DNA of 64,000 nucleotides from Carcharhinus amblyrhynchos (Eukaryota): positions 61,566,001-61,630,000 of the forward strand of contig OZ336885.1 in assembly GCA_965287045.1 (NCBI GenBank), given 5' to 3'. The position numbers and the translations under genes were made by a program. The notes below the pieces were generated by a model. That model had not been told where the DNA came from and did not search any database. It was given only the letters and a program-made list of their open reading frames with translations. This document shows, in pieces, positions 1 through 13,800 of this stretch. Numbering within the stretch: the first letter of the stretch is position 1; the number at the start of each line of letters is the position of its first letter.

Positions 1-1324
1 GGGGCTTGGAATGAATTTGATGAATACCCAACAGGAAATATGCTATGCATTGTAAGAAGTTAGTCTCGCTAAAATCAGAACACTGACTGCGAAGACTGTT
101 CGTTAGTTCAATTAATTGTAAATTTTCTTCTCAAAAACGCATGAAATTTGCCATGCTCAGCATTATTCAAGTTATGAAAATGTCCTCAGCAAACCGTTCA
201 CTCATTCGGTGTGCAGTGGAATATCAAGATAACAAACTGAATGACCCCACTGCTCTTCACACGTAAGCCGGGGGCTTGTGCATTTACATGACCCATAATC
301 TTCGGAGCAGCAAATAGCAATTTCAACAATCATTCGTCACACTCCCCTACCTTAAGGAACGCTCCATCTACTTGTAAATGAAACCTGCAGTTGTCTCCAT
401 TACGTATGAACTGAAACAATACTGCTCAGTCTCCAGTTCCCTTTGCTAGCATTTGTTCTTCTTTAAATGTAATGAGAGAGTATAACATGCATGGATCTCC
501 GTGAACAGTTTTTTGAGTTCAGTTGAACGTTTGCATCCTTAAAATATAACTGTGGCGAACAGCGGGTATGTCTGACCCTTACATGGGATTATTAATATAG
601 TAGCCTTGGAAGAGAAACAATGCAGTTTCAAGGTCTTTGAAACAGCATTGTAAATGACATTGTAATTGAAGTGTCCAGGAAGAATCTACACTTCAGTTGA
701 GCGCAGGTTCCGAACATACGCTCCAAATCAAGTGTAAATGACAAATCTAATTCTATGCTTCAAGGCGAAAATTCTGTGAAATATATGAAACAACCATAAA
801 TCATTTCTGCTGATCCTTTGAGATACAATAAAAACGGTAACCAGCATGATATCCTAAGATGTCATGGATCATAATAACAATATCTTGTCACATCAAATGT
901 TGGAGATAATTGCATATTCGTCCAAATGCAAAATTGATGATCGGGCTGAATAACGCATTTCATTCTCTTAATCAGAATCATTATCTCTTTGGAGACGAAG
1001 TACTGATGTCACTCTTATGGATTCACAGAGCTAAGAAAAATCCTTCACTTGAAATTGAATGTTGGCGAACATAATTATCTGACATCCATAGGTATTAAAT
1101 TTTAACTTTTGTGCTCAGGGTAGAACAGTAATAGTTGTTGCTTTTTTCGACACAGGATGAACTTCTTCTCATGCATGACGGTAAATTTTCAGTTTTATTC
1201 GTTCGAACAATTTGGATTAAGATAATAGTTGAATTGCAGGGATCTTTGCACAACAATGTGCATACAATTCACCAGAATTTGAAGGATGTAATTGGTGGAT
1301 CACTGTATAACTGCAGAAATGATA

Positions 1325-1490
1325 TGGTTGTGCCGGCGTTGGACTGAGGTAAACACAGTAAAAAGTCTGACAACACCAGGTTTCAGTCCAACCGATTTAT
1401 TTAATAGTAAACTATCAAAGAAATTACTATCGAGTTTACTGTCAAATAAATCGCTTGGACTAAAACCTGGTGTTGTCAGACTTTTAACTG
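1325..1490. mobile_element. Fold-back (inverted) Penelope-type terminal fragment
   Basis: 58-nt inverted arms 1356-1413 and 1433-1490; acaacaccagg...tttattt motif shared with ~29545-29570. Confidence 0.7.
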
Positions 1491-1627
1491 CAGAAACCCA
1501 CCATGGCAAAAGGATATGTTACGTTTGCTTTTCTAATCATGTGTCTTCTTAAAAAAAACTTATTATATAGGAAACTGTTATTTAAATTGTCACAGTATGT
1601 TTGAATACGTAACAAACTTTCTATTAC

Positions 1628-1663
1628 CCATACATTTTAAATCTTCTGCGCATGTTTAAAGTC
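1628..1663 (-). pseudogene. Degenerate 36-nt-class exon L*TCAEDLKCM
   Basis: Donor TGG|gtaata intact; C-x3-L-K spacing kept; expected acceptor reads cat; in-frame TAA; an internal cag could give an 18-nt exon (1628-1645). Confidence 0.5.
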
Positions 1664-2203
1664 ATGTTTTAATGGCAATGTGATAGTTCATCTGTTCAGT
1701 TGTCACATGCACTGGTAATACTAATTTCATTCTTTCCATATTTTCTCGAAATCGTGTTGGGAAAAAGGAACATTAAGCATAAAACTTGCAGCTGCGTATG
1801 ATCTCTCTAAATGCCCAATTTGTTCATCGGCCAATGATTATGATGGGCCAAAGGAAAGTTATTAGAATTACGAACCAGTTCATTTTGTTTCTCAATTTGT
1901 TCTTTTACGTGCAATATCTACCGTGCCAAGCTGACCCGGGTAAAATAAAAAAAAACTACGATTATTCAAAAGGTTAGCATGAAATATGATTATTTGCCTG
2001 ATCCGTCTCGGAAGAACAGAAAGTCATAGTTCGTAGTGTTTTCCCGCTCAAAAAACACTCTTTGTCCTGAATCTTCATCAGCTTCCAAGTCGCAATTAAT
2101 TCTAATACCATTGTCCTACAATTGGTCATTTGGCTTGTCCGATGTGAATTTGCACCAACTCATCTCAATGTTTCGTCAATTTGGTGAACATTTTTCTACC
2201 CAC

Positions 2204-2230
2204 CTACCTAACGATTGCCCACAGAGCTTT
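2204..2230 (-). pseudogene. 27-nt exon-like unit with in-frame TAG, (E)SSVGNR*
   Basis: ttttgcttttgtag|AAAGCTCTGTGGGCAATCGTTAGGTAG|gtgggt; strong splice sites and correct length but low peptide similarity. Confidence 0.4.
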
Positions 2231-2349
2231 CTACAAAAGCAAAATGACAAAAAAAATGTAGACAACCAAATAAAAAAGGGATAGACAGAGAAACCAAGAA
2301 CAACGTTCTTAGAGATAACGAAAGTATTGTGAATAAGGCAAACACTGTT

Positions 2350-4860
2350 TACAAGCTAAGGTCAACGATCCTGTGCATTAATACGCGGAGCATTTGCAGT
2401 AGAGGGGATCAACTAATCGTGCAGACACATGTAAATAGGTACGATATAATTGGGATTACGTAGACATGACTACAGGTTGAACAGGGTGGTGACGGGATGT
2501 CACAGGGTGTTCAATGTTGAGGAAGGACAGACATTAATGAAAATATGGTGGAGCGGCACTTCCAGTTAAAGATAAAATTAATACAATAATGCAAGAGGTT
2601 ATTAGCCGTGACAAAGTGGAGTCCGTATGGGTAGAGTTATGAAAAAACAAAGGGCAAAAACATTAGTGATTATCATATATGGACTCCCAAACTGCAGTGG
2701 TGGCGTTAGGAATGACATTCAGCACCAACATGAATATTCATGTGACAAGGGAACTTCTGTGATCATGGGTGATTTTAATCTGTGCATAGCTTCGGCAAAT
2801 AAAATTAACCACAATGCCTTGAGAAGGAATTCCTGGAAGTTATACGGGATCGTTCCCTTGACCAATATGTTGAAAAATCAACTAGACAGCGATACATCTT
2901 AGATTGGGCAATGCGTAATACGAAGGGAATCATTGCCAATCTAGCTGTACCAGACCCCTTGGGATTAAGCAAACATAATACGATAGAACGTTTTGTAAAG
3001 ATGGAGAGTGAAATACTTGATTCGGAGACTAGGTTGCTGAATCCTAATAAAGGAAACTATGAGAACCTGAGGCATGACTTGGCCTTGGCAGATTGTGGAA
3101 AGCAATTCAAAGGGATAGCAATGGATAGGCAATGGCAAACATTCAAGGAACATGTGGGGGGTCTGCAGAAACTGTTTGTTCCTGTCCAGAAGCAAAATGG
3201 GTAAGAGGGCCAATTCATGGATTCCAAAGGAAATTGGAGAGATTATCCAAGCTAAGGACGATGCCTGCAGACTGGTCAAGAAAAAAATGATAGTTTTGAA
3301 GATTAGGAGCAGGTTAGCGTTCAGTAAAGAAAGACCAAGGGATTGCTTAAGGGCGGGGGGCGGGGTGAGGGGGTGGGTGGGATTACAATACAGAAGTTCG
3401 CAGAGAACATAAAGAGTGGCACTAAGAATTCTATAGGTACATGAGGAGAACGTGGTTGGTGAAGACTAATGCACGCCTACCAAGAGAATCAGGGGAATGT
3501 CTAATAGGAGACAAAGACATGGCTGAGCAAATCAATGTACACTTTGGGTCTATCTTCACAAAAAAAATGACACAAATCAAATACCAGTAACATGGAGAAT
3601 GTAAGATTGAATGAGGTGAAATAACTAAGTTAGATCAATATTTGTAGAGGAATTGTGCTGGAGAAATTGATGGCATTAAAGGCGGAAAAATTGCCAGGAC
3701 CTGATTATCTACTTCTCAGAGTACATAAGGAACTGGCTCCAGAAATAATGGACGCATCAATGGTCAACTGCCAGGTTTCTACAGACTTTGGAACTGTCTC
3801 TGCCGCTTGGACGATTTCTACTGCCACTACAATGTTCAAAAAGGAGGGTAGACAGTATACGTGAAATGATAGACCAGTAATCTTAACATTAGTAGCAGGG
3901 AAAATGCTAGAATCGATGATCAAGGGCTTTACAACAGAACACATGGAAAGCAATGGCCGGATTAAACAGAGTCATTGTGAACTTACGAGGTGGAAATTAT
4001 GGTTGCCTAATTTCTTGGAATTCTTTGAAGATGAAAACAACAACGTTGGCTAGCAATTGTGACTTTCAGAAAGAGTTTCACAAATTCTCGCATAAGAGCC
4101 CATCATGCTCTGAGATTAAAACACATGGAATTGGGGGAAATGCATTGAGATACATAGAAAACAGGTTGGAAGAGAGGAAACAAAGAGTTGGAATTAATGG
4201 GTGTTTTTCAAATTGTCAGGCAGTAACTAGTGGGGTGCAATAGAGGTCGGTGCTGGGACCTCAGCTATTCACAATATACATTGATGGTTTAGATTAGGGA
4301 ACAAACGGTAAGATCTCAAAGTTTACAAAGGACAATACGTTGGGTGGAATGGTGTGACGAGGAATTCAAAGATCCTTCAGTATGATCTGGACATTTGGGT
4401 GAGTGAGCAAATCAATGGCAGATACAATATAATTTGGATAAGTGTGAGTTTATTCAAATTTGGAAGCAAACAAACAGAAGGCAGATTACCAGCTGAATGG
4501 TTCTAAATTGGGAGAGGTGAGTGTGCAGCGAGGCCTGGATATCCGTGTGCACTATCCACTGAATTTAAGCATGCAGGTGCAGCACATGTTAAAGAAAGCA
4601 AATATGTGTTTGCCTTCATTGCGAGAGGTTTCGAGTGGAGCACGGATGCGTTGATACAATTATACAGAGTCTTTGTGAGGCCACACCTAGTGTATTGTAG
4701 ACAGTTTTGGGCTCATTTTCTGAAGAAGTGTGTTCTTTTTTTCTCGAGGTTGTGCATCGAATGTACACCAGGCTAACACTGGGGTGACAGCACTGTATGA
4801 AGATAGATTGTTCAGGTTAGGATTGGTTTCGCTGGAGTTCTGATGAAGAGGGTGGGGGCA
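2350..4860 (+). mobile_element. Decayed CR1 LINE ORF2 (APE endonuclease plus RT remnants)
   Basis: Fragments VIMGDFN, LKAEKLPGPD, HGIGGNALRYIENRLEERKQRVGING; many stops and frameshifts. Confidence 0.92.
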
Positions 4861-4869
4861 TCGAAGGGC

Positions 4870-6100
4870 CAAATGGTATCCATCTGTTCTTACCTTCCAT
4901 ATTTCTATGCATATGTACACATTAATCAGCTTCACACATTGTCTCTTATCCACTCGGACTTAGCAGCCTCTCTTCATAGACAAAAATCACCAGCTATTTC
5001 CCAATCTCTTTGAAACTGCTCTGCTCCATCCCAATGAGATCACATCCTTCCTATAACGTGGAGACCAAATTCGCAAGCAGCACTCTATCTGTAGATATCG
5101 ACTGTTATATGTAGCTTCATTGTAAATTGTTCTTATATTATGCAACTCGGCTATTAAAAACTAACATCTCACATTCATAAACACAGTATCCATATGCCAT
5201 GATATGTTCAGCGATCTTTGAACATGCATCCCACCATCGATCTGGCTATGTATTGGATTCCGTGTTCTGCAACTCATTGAGTGTCAAATTACATTTGTGG
5301 TTTTCCCAAATCAACTTGCTTCTATGCGCTTAATTTTATTTCTCCCTGTTCTGCCCCTACGTGTTGTTCTGTAATTTGAGGCTTCCCTCTTTATGTTCAC
5401 AGTACCACCAATTTTAGTTTCTTCTGGGAACGTACTGACTGTAGCTCCCATAGTTACGTCTTGGTCATTAATGTGATAAAAGTCATGAATCCAAAACTGA
5501 TCTCCACTGTGCATTACTGGATGATGTCACATTTCAAATAAATAAACAGAATTGGGCGATTACCCTCTTACTGTTGCAACTAAGACAATTCTGGAACCAA
5601 CCACGATCCAAGGACTTCTTATCTGCTTGATCGGTTGCGCCTGTCTACAGCATTGTTAAATTCCATGTACGTGGCGTCAATTGAAATGCTCTCATCAGTG
5701 CAGTTAGTTACATCCTCGAATCAAATTTACTGATGATCTCCCGTGCACAACGATATCCTGACTATTCCAATAGACCCTTTGATATGAAATATCACAATGC
5801 ACTATGACAGTTAGGTATATGAATGATTAAGCTCACAATATTTATCTGAAATGACGTCTCATCACGAAACTATAACAGTGTGAACGCAAGGTTTGTGTTT
5901 CCCTACTTTTCGTCCTGAATAATAGCGTTCCATTCCCCGTTTTCCGGTCATGTGGCACATCCCATGAGTCCAAGCAGTATCTGAAAATTTGTATCAGAAC
6001 CCATAACATCTCACTTACAAGAAACTGAAACCCATGATGCATAGCAGTGGGCCTTGCGCCTCTACACACTTATAAACCGTTTTGTATCGATAATATTACC
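4870..6100 (-). mobile_element. Old, heavily decayed CR1 RT remnant
   Basis: VSTFPEETKIGGTV (~SKFADDTKIGG) and DVPHDRKTGNGTLLFR (~VPEDWKTANVTPLFK); probably extends to ~6.8 kb. Confidence 0.7.
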
Positions 6101-6959
6101 TATCTCTCTATGCGAATAACTTTGAATGTCTCTCATTCTACTTCGGTTTTAGTACCCATATCACCCTCCAAAATAACGAATACAAATGAAACATCATTAC
6201 AACCTAGGTTCGTATTTCGTCTACTGAAACATATTGCCACACTTGTATAGCAGGGTCCTCCCATTTCCTGCTTACGATCGTTCCAATAATGTTCATGCAG
6301 CTCGCTCGGAGTTTACTTTACTTTGCCAGCCCGTGCGTCAATTGTCTACTTTTTCCTCTTCAAATTTGCATATTGTCTAGTATTGGATTACTTTTCTACA
6401 CCCCTCTCTGCTTTGCAATCCTTTGATGCGCTGGATTTGCAATGATTATTCCTGTTTTATTTTTACGATTATCCTACGCCTTTGCATCCAGATTTAACTG
6501 GAAATTTCTTTTTTCCCACCCTCTATAATCACAGTGGCATGTAATCTCTATAACCTATCGCTTTCTTTCATGAATGACTGTTTTCCAAATTGTTATTTCT
6601 AACCCTTCAAGTTTCGTTGCGTATGTGCATATGCCTGATTTTTTGTTTTGTGTGACCTCGAATTTTTCATGCAAGCAGGTTATCTCGATGGAACTGCGTT
6701 TCCTATTGGATATATGACTGATGTGTATCAATACCACAGATGCAAGCCGTGGGTTTCTTCACAGATAATCAGTTCGAAACCGTTGTAAATTCCCTACGCG
6801 ATATCATTTGCACGCAACATACCATGGTTCTCAAAGTTGGGTCTGCGAAAGAACCATTCAATTAAAACGGTTGTTGAATCATTTTGTTTCAGGCATAGAA
6901 TGTCAGCTGCCACTCTTCATCTCCCCGAATAATTATACATGTGTTTTCTTTTTTCTCAC

Positions 6960-7000
6960 CGTTATGAAATATTTATTCATTCAAATTTCCAGAAAGTATT
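6960..7000 (-). pseudogene. Degenerate 36-nt-class exon (41 nt) with in-frame TGA, (E)YFLEI*
   Basis: gccacag|AATACTTTCTGGAAATTTGAATG...ATAACG|gtgaga; GAAATTTGAATG resembles AAAATATGCATG of exon 15053-15088. Confidence 0.4.
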
Positions 7001-7832
7001 CTGTGGCTTTGAGCTGATATGAGTTTATAATTTGTACTATTTTGCTCAATATTTTGTTCAGTGCTCAAAATTCATATGAAGGCATGCAAAGGCATAAGAG
7101 CAAAATTTGCTGTATGCTACCCTGTGCTGTTTATGAACTTATCTGGTGGAAGGAACAATAGTATTTCAGATACTGGAGTCTAGCAATTGTAAACTACTCA
7201 TCCTGTCTCTTTCTTCAAGCCACACCCGCAGTAACTCTCTTGTTTTCTAATGCGCCAGAATTCGTAATTTGTTGTTCACGTTGGGTAGTGTCACTTTGTA
7301 ATGTTTTAGAAAGACTGCCGTGATAATTGTTATTTGAAATATCCATCAGTGATGAATACCACGTCTGGTAATTAGTATATTAGGAAAGTAATTGCGTACC
7401 TTTAATAATTTCCCTCTTTTATTATCACAGAGGAATAAATGTATTTTTCCATACATTTATAAATTTTGCACTGAAATGCACTGAAAGTTTTGCAGTTGGA
7501 GTCATTTTCGTCGACAACAAGGCTAACCTTTGCAGTTCACGAGAAGTTATCTGTGCTATTATCAGCCATAAAATTGGCATCAATATGAAAGGATAACTTG
7601 TGCTGTCTGTTGCTCTCTCTTCAAAAGTTTATTCTCATGCATTTGAAAATTATGCATTTAACAATGATGAACATCTTCACCGTCACTACTATCCTTTAGC
7701 CACACCTTTATCAGCTAAATATCACGAAAGTTGGTCGAACATATTTTCGACCGTTCTTGTCCTCGATTTAATGAGCAAATGAATGTGTTGTTTTACGAAA
7801 TGAAATAGAACAAAATTTTCAAAAAGTAATAC

Positions 7833-7859
7833 CAGCGAGCTTTGATTTCAGCTCATCTC
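7833..7859 (-). CDS. 27-nt microexon (G)DELKSKLA
   Basis: tgtttcacag|GAGATGAGCTGAAATCAAAGCTCGCTG|gtatta. Confidence 0.8.
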
Positions 7860-10800
7860 CTGTGAAACATAAATTAAAATTTTAAGATGCAAGAAAATAA
7901 AGGAATCTCCAAAATGTAATTCTCAAAAATCCGTTTATTGGGGTCACTTTCTGAGCAAGGCCGAACTTTGGTCGACCCGGCGCTCTCTGCCACGTTAAGT
8001 AATTCGCCTTCGCTAGCTTAAAACACGAAATGGGTGATTTATTTGACCTGTTGGTGCTGCACTCGTCTTTTTTTTTATATTTTCTTCACTCGAAGACAGT
8101 GGAACCGAAAATGGTTCAGGATGTAACAAGGGTGGTCAAAACTCTATTATTTTCAACTGTTAGTACAGGCTCATAATAAGGCGAATATTACTGTCGATTC
8201 TCCTCTCAGCATTTATTTGCTCTGAAGAAACTGTTCCCTTGATAGAAGTCGCTACTGAGTAAAATTGATTTTTTGATTTGCAATGGAATCATTGCATCAT
8301 CCATGAAATTACTTCACAGTTGCCTTTCTGGTGCCAGAGACATATACGTCTCTGAGCGGTTGCAGGACATCCTTAAGGGGGAGGGCGAGCAGCCGGGCGT
8401 CATTGTACATATTGGTTCCAACGATGTAAGTAGGAAAAGTGATGAGGTTCTGAATAGTGAATATAGAGAGCTAGACAAAAGGCTGAAGTCGAGAATCTCA
8501 AATGCAGTAATTTCTGGATTATTTTCGGTACTGCCTGCTGGTGAAAAAGGGAATAGGAAGATTAGGCAGATGAATAACTGGCTTGAGATCTGGTGCAGTA
8601 GGCAGGGATTTAGATTTTTGGATCACTGGGAACTTTTTCTGGGGAAGAAGTGATCTGTTTATGAGGGACGGGTTACACCTGAACTGGAGGGGGCAAACAT
8701 CCTGGTAGGGAGATTTGCTGGAGAACTTGGGAGGTCTTAAACTCGTTTGGCAGGGGCGTGGGTTCCAAAGCAGTAGGGAGACAGAAGAGAAGATTGAGGA
8801 TAGCACAGATGTTAAAGAGAGCACATTAAGTATTAAAGGTCTTGTCACTAATCCTAGTACAGCCAGAGCAGGCAAAAGCAAAACAGACAGCAAGGTAATT
8901 CCCGAGTAAATTGCATGTATTTCAATGCAAGAGGCTTGACAGGGAAGGTAGATGTGCTCAGGGCATGGGTGGACACGTGAAACTGGGATATTATAGCAAT
9001 TACTGAAACATGACTAAGGGAGGGGCAGGACTGACAGCTCAATGTTGCAGGGTATAGATGCTGCAGGGTAGATAGAACAGGAGGTAACAGAGGAGGGGAA
9101 ATTGCACTTTTGATTAGGGAAAACATCACGGCAGTACTGAGAGGAGATATATCCGAGAATTCGGCCACTGAGTCGAAATTGATGGAACTGAGAAATAAAA
9201 AGGGAAAATCCATTTGATAGGATTGTGCTATAGGCCTCCAAATAGTGGGCGGGGAATTGATATGAAAACATGTAAGGAGATTACAGGTTGCTCCAGGCAA
9301 AACAGGGTGGTAATAGTAGAGGATTTTAACTGTCCTAATGTTGACCGGGACAACCACTCTATTAGAGGGTTGGGTGGAGGGATATTTGCTGAGTGTGTCC
9401 AGGAAGAATTTTTCATTCAGTCTGTGGATGGCCCGACTAGAGAGGGGGCAAAACTTGACCTTCTCTTGGGAAATAAGGAAGGACAAGTGACAGAAGTATT
9501 AGTGAGGTATCACTTTGGACCAGGGACCATAATTCCATTGGAGCTATAGAGAATGATAGGTCTGACCCAGAAGTTAAAGTTCTAAATTGGGACAAGGCTA
9601 ATTTTGATGGTATCAGAAAGGAACTGCCAAAAGGTAATTGAGGGTATCTGCGGGAATGAAAAAAAAAGACTGGCAAGTGGGAAGCTTTCAAACGTGTGTT
9701 AACCAGGGTTCTGGGTAAGAATATTCCTCTTAAAGTGAAAAGCAAGGCTGGCAGAAGTCGGGAACCCTGGGTGACTCGGGGTATTGAGGTCCTCGTCAAG
9801 AAGAAGGGGGAGGCACATGGCATTCAAAGGCAGTTGGGATCAAATTAATCTCTTGAACAGTGTAGGGGGTAGAGGTGTAGAGTTAAGAGAAAAGTCAGAA
9901 GAACAAAAAAGGGGCACGAGATTTTTTGGCAAATAAAGCAAAGAAGAATCCAAACAGCTTTTGCAAACACATAAACAGCAAACGAATAACAAGGGATAGA
10001 GTAGGGCCTCTGAGGAATAGATAAATTATGTGCGGATCCACAAGAGATGGGTAAGATCCTAAATGAATATTACTCGTCAGTATTTACTGTTGAGAAAGAA
10101 ATGGATGTTACGGGATTTGGGGAAATAAGTAGTGATGCCTTGAAGAGTGTAGATATTAAAGTGAAAAATAGTTTCTGGACTTGCAGGAAAGTAGATAAGT
10201 CCCCGGGACCGAATGAAGTCTATCCCAATGCATTGTGGGAGGCTAGGGAGGAAATTGCGGGGACTCTCACAAAGATGTATGAATCACCAATCGTGACTGG
10301 TGACGTGCTTGAAGATTGGAGGGTGGCAAATGTACCTTTAAAAAATGGCTTGGGAACAACTGACCAGTGAACCTTATATCAGTGGTGGTTAAGTTGTTCG
10401 ATGGTATTTTGAGAAACAGGATCTACAGCATTTAGATATGCAAGGACTGTTTAAGGACAGTGCATAAGACTTTGTGAGTGGAAAACCATGCCTCACAAAT
10501 TTGATTGAGTTTTTTGAAGGAGTAAACAAGAAGGTAGCTGAGGGCATTGTTGTTCATTTTGTTTACAGGGACTTTTGCAAGCTCTTTGGCAAGGTACCAA
10601 ATGGTAGGTTGTTGCATCTCACTGGATACATATTGAGATATCTAAATGGATACAAAATTGACTTCTTGATAGAAGGCAAAGGGTGGTTGCAGGGGGGATG
10701 TTTTCTTATTCAGACTAGAGGCCTGTCACCAGTGGTGTTCCTCAGGGATCAGTGCTGTGTCCATTGATATTTGTCATTTATATTAATGATTTGGATGACA

Positions 10801-13800
10801 ATATAGGAGGCAAGGTTAGTACCTTTGCAGATGACACCAAGATTTGTGGTGTCATGGATATTGAAGAAAGTCATTCCGATTGCAACAGGATCTTGATCAT
10901 TTGGACAACTTGGCTGACGAATGGCAGATGGAGTTTAATTTAGATAAATGCAAGGTGATGCATTTAGGCGGATTGAACTAGGGCAGGACTTACTCAGTTA
11001 ATTGTAGGGCGTTCGGGAGAGTTAGAGAACAGAGACATCTCGGATCACATGTTCATAACTCCTTGAAAGTGGAGTCAAAGGCGGACAGAGTGGTGAAGAA
11101 TGTTTGGCTTCATTGTTCAGGACATTGAATACAGAAGTTGGACATCTTGTTGAAGTTGTACAAGTCATTGAAAAGGCTACGCTTAGTGTTCTCTATACAG
11201 TTCTGTCACCCAATGAAAAAAAAATTATTAAGCTAGAAAGAATGCAGAACTAGCATGCCACCGGGACTTGATGGTTTGAATTATACGGAGCAGCGGGGTC
11301 GAGTGCAACTTTTTTTTTCTGGAGCTTATGAGGCTGAGGGCTGGTCCTATAGGAGTCTATAAAATAATGAGGGACATAGATCATCTAGATAGTCTTTTTT
11401 TGCCCTCAAAGTCAGGATAGTCTAAACCTAGAGGAGATAGGTTTAAGGTGAGAGAAGAAAGTGTACGGAAGGATATTTTTTTTCAGACAGAGGACGGTGA
11501 GTATCTGGAACAATCTGTCAGAGGTAGTAGTAGAGGCGAGTACAATTTTGCCCTTTAAAAATATTCAGATAGTTACTTTGGTATGATGACTACAGACGCA
11601 TATAAGTTAGATGCTGGCAATTGGTATAAGCTTAGTGGTTTACAAAAGGGTGGTATGGGCAAGATGGGCCAAAGGGCTTGTTTCAATGTTGTAGACCTTT
11701 ATGACTCTAGGAATCTATGACTTTATGGCACAGCGCACTGAGGAGTCGAATAGTCTACTCTTAATCTTCATAACCGTGCACTTACAAGTTAAAAAAAAAG
11801 CTCACCTAAATATTTCAAATCTTTTTTGCATTCGATGAGCTCTGTATTGTGTAAAGGAAGCGATGTAAATGTGAACTCGAAACACAATATGTTGAGTAAT
11901 TTACGCAGGTAATACTTTCAAGAACATTAAAATAGAGCATTACGCCTCAGCGGGAAATGACAACGCAACGAAGTGAAAAACAAGGACAATCCAGACAAAT
12001 GGGATATGTGGGCACAACCATAAGCAAATGATAACGAATATTCACAACAGCCACAATGAAAGAACGGAATAAAACAAAGTAAACTTGTTAAAAAGTCACC
12101 AGCAGAGATTGGGTTATAAGCAAATTAATGTTGGAAGTGTGCAAGCCTTTGGTTTCAGTTAAACGTGCCATCAGCATTGAAGGCAAGATGATATGCGGGC
12201 TTGTACTCTTGCTTGTCTAAGTTAAAAAAAGGAAGCAGAGGTGGCGATGACAGGGGAGTTCGAAAAAAAAATAGGCCTTTCACATCATTGTCGTTGTCAT
12301 TTCAATGTCCACACCTTCTCACATAGGTGTACATAATTTAGTAACTTATCTTGTCTGTGAGGGGCATTGCAGAAAATAACATTTGCGTAGGTGTATTGGT
12401 GTTTGGTATTATCTCATTCTTTTTTTCTCATTTGCTCAATCCGAGGTGAAATAAATAGGTGGTTAGCTTTGAAACATCGCACATTATGCACTACTACTGA
12501 GCAGTGCATCAGCAGCTCATTCCAGGCGCTTGCAATATTTTGAGGAAAATAAAACGGCCGGGATGCCAACAAATATCCAGTGACACCGATCACTGATATA
12601 CAATTTGTCAAAATTTCAGAATTGTGGGCATTTCAGAAATTTAATATGTATTACAGTAAAGTGGGGTTAGTAAAGCATTTTTTTTTAAATGACACTTCTT
12701 ATTGTGAATGATGCAAATGCAGCGTTAACGCAGTTTCCCAAAGGCATGGTGCGTAGAACAATTCGGTTACATAATTCAAAGTTAATTTCGCAGACATAAA
12801 AAAAATGACAATAGAAAGAAAAATGAAACCAGTCTGTTTTTTGGACATTTCAGAATGGGCAACAAACATTGATTCCGCCAACAGTGCCCACTTTGCATGA
12901 TACAATAGGGAAAACAAATGCTACTGAAAATGTAGTACAAATATATTGCATAAGTTGTTTAGCATAAGACTCATCTTCTGGGATAAAGCTGTGTGGAAAA
13001 AAAATAGAGTTCTTCAAGGAAATAGAAATTTCACGTTCATCGGGCGGCACAACTGACAGAAAACTCCATGAACACACGTTTACTTTCGGCCTCGGTTGGC
13101 TGCGTGTCTGGAGTTTGCACATTCCACTCGTATTTGCATGTGTTCCTCGAGGCATTTCGGCATTTTACCACAGCCAACATATTAAAAAAAAATGGGGAAT
13201 TGATCCGTTTGCCCATTTTAGTGCTACTATCTACAGATCAAATTCAGTAGTCATGGTCATTATGCGGGATTAAGGGCATTTTCCTATCTGAATTAAAGGT
13301 GACAAAAACATGAATTTCTTCAGCAGCAACAGTGATATGCAAACCAGACGATTGCAAGTTGCTTCGGATATTAGATTAAATAGCAATAATAATTTTACAA
13401 AGTAACTTGCCAGACCAAACGAAAACTTCATAATTACCTTCTTCCGTGGATTTCTTTTTCTCTTCTGTTCGCGGGCGTTTCAATCAAAATTACAACATCA
13501 ACTTAAAGTTGTACACCATGACATATGGCCCCAGATGCGACTGAGTTTCATGAGCAAGTAATTAAAAAAAATCTTTTGCTACATATAGTGATTTTTACTG
13601 TTTTCTATTCCGTGCATCGCAACTGATTGAGATTATAATAGCCCTGTGAGGACAAAAGCGAAGATTCGCCACTATTCCATCAAAAGTTAAGATCTAAATT
13701 CCGCAGATTGACCGAGAGTTAAATTATCTCGAGTATATAAAGTTATTGTGTCAGTCAAGTTGACTTTTCAGAAAAAAAACATAAATCCACTGATCGGCAG

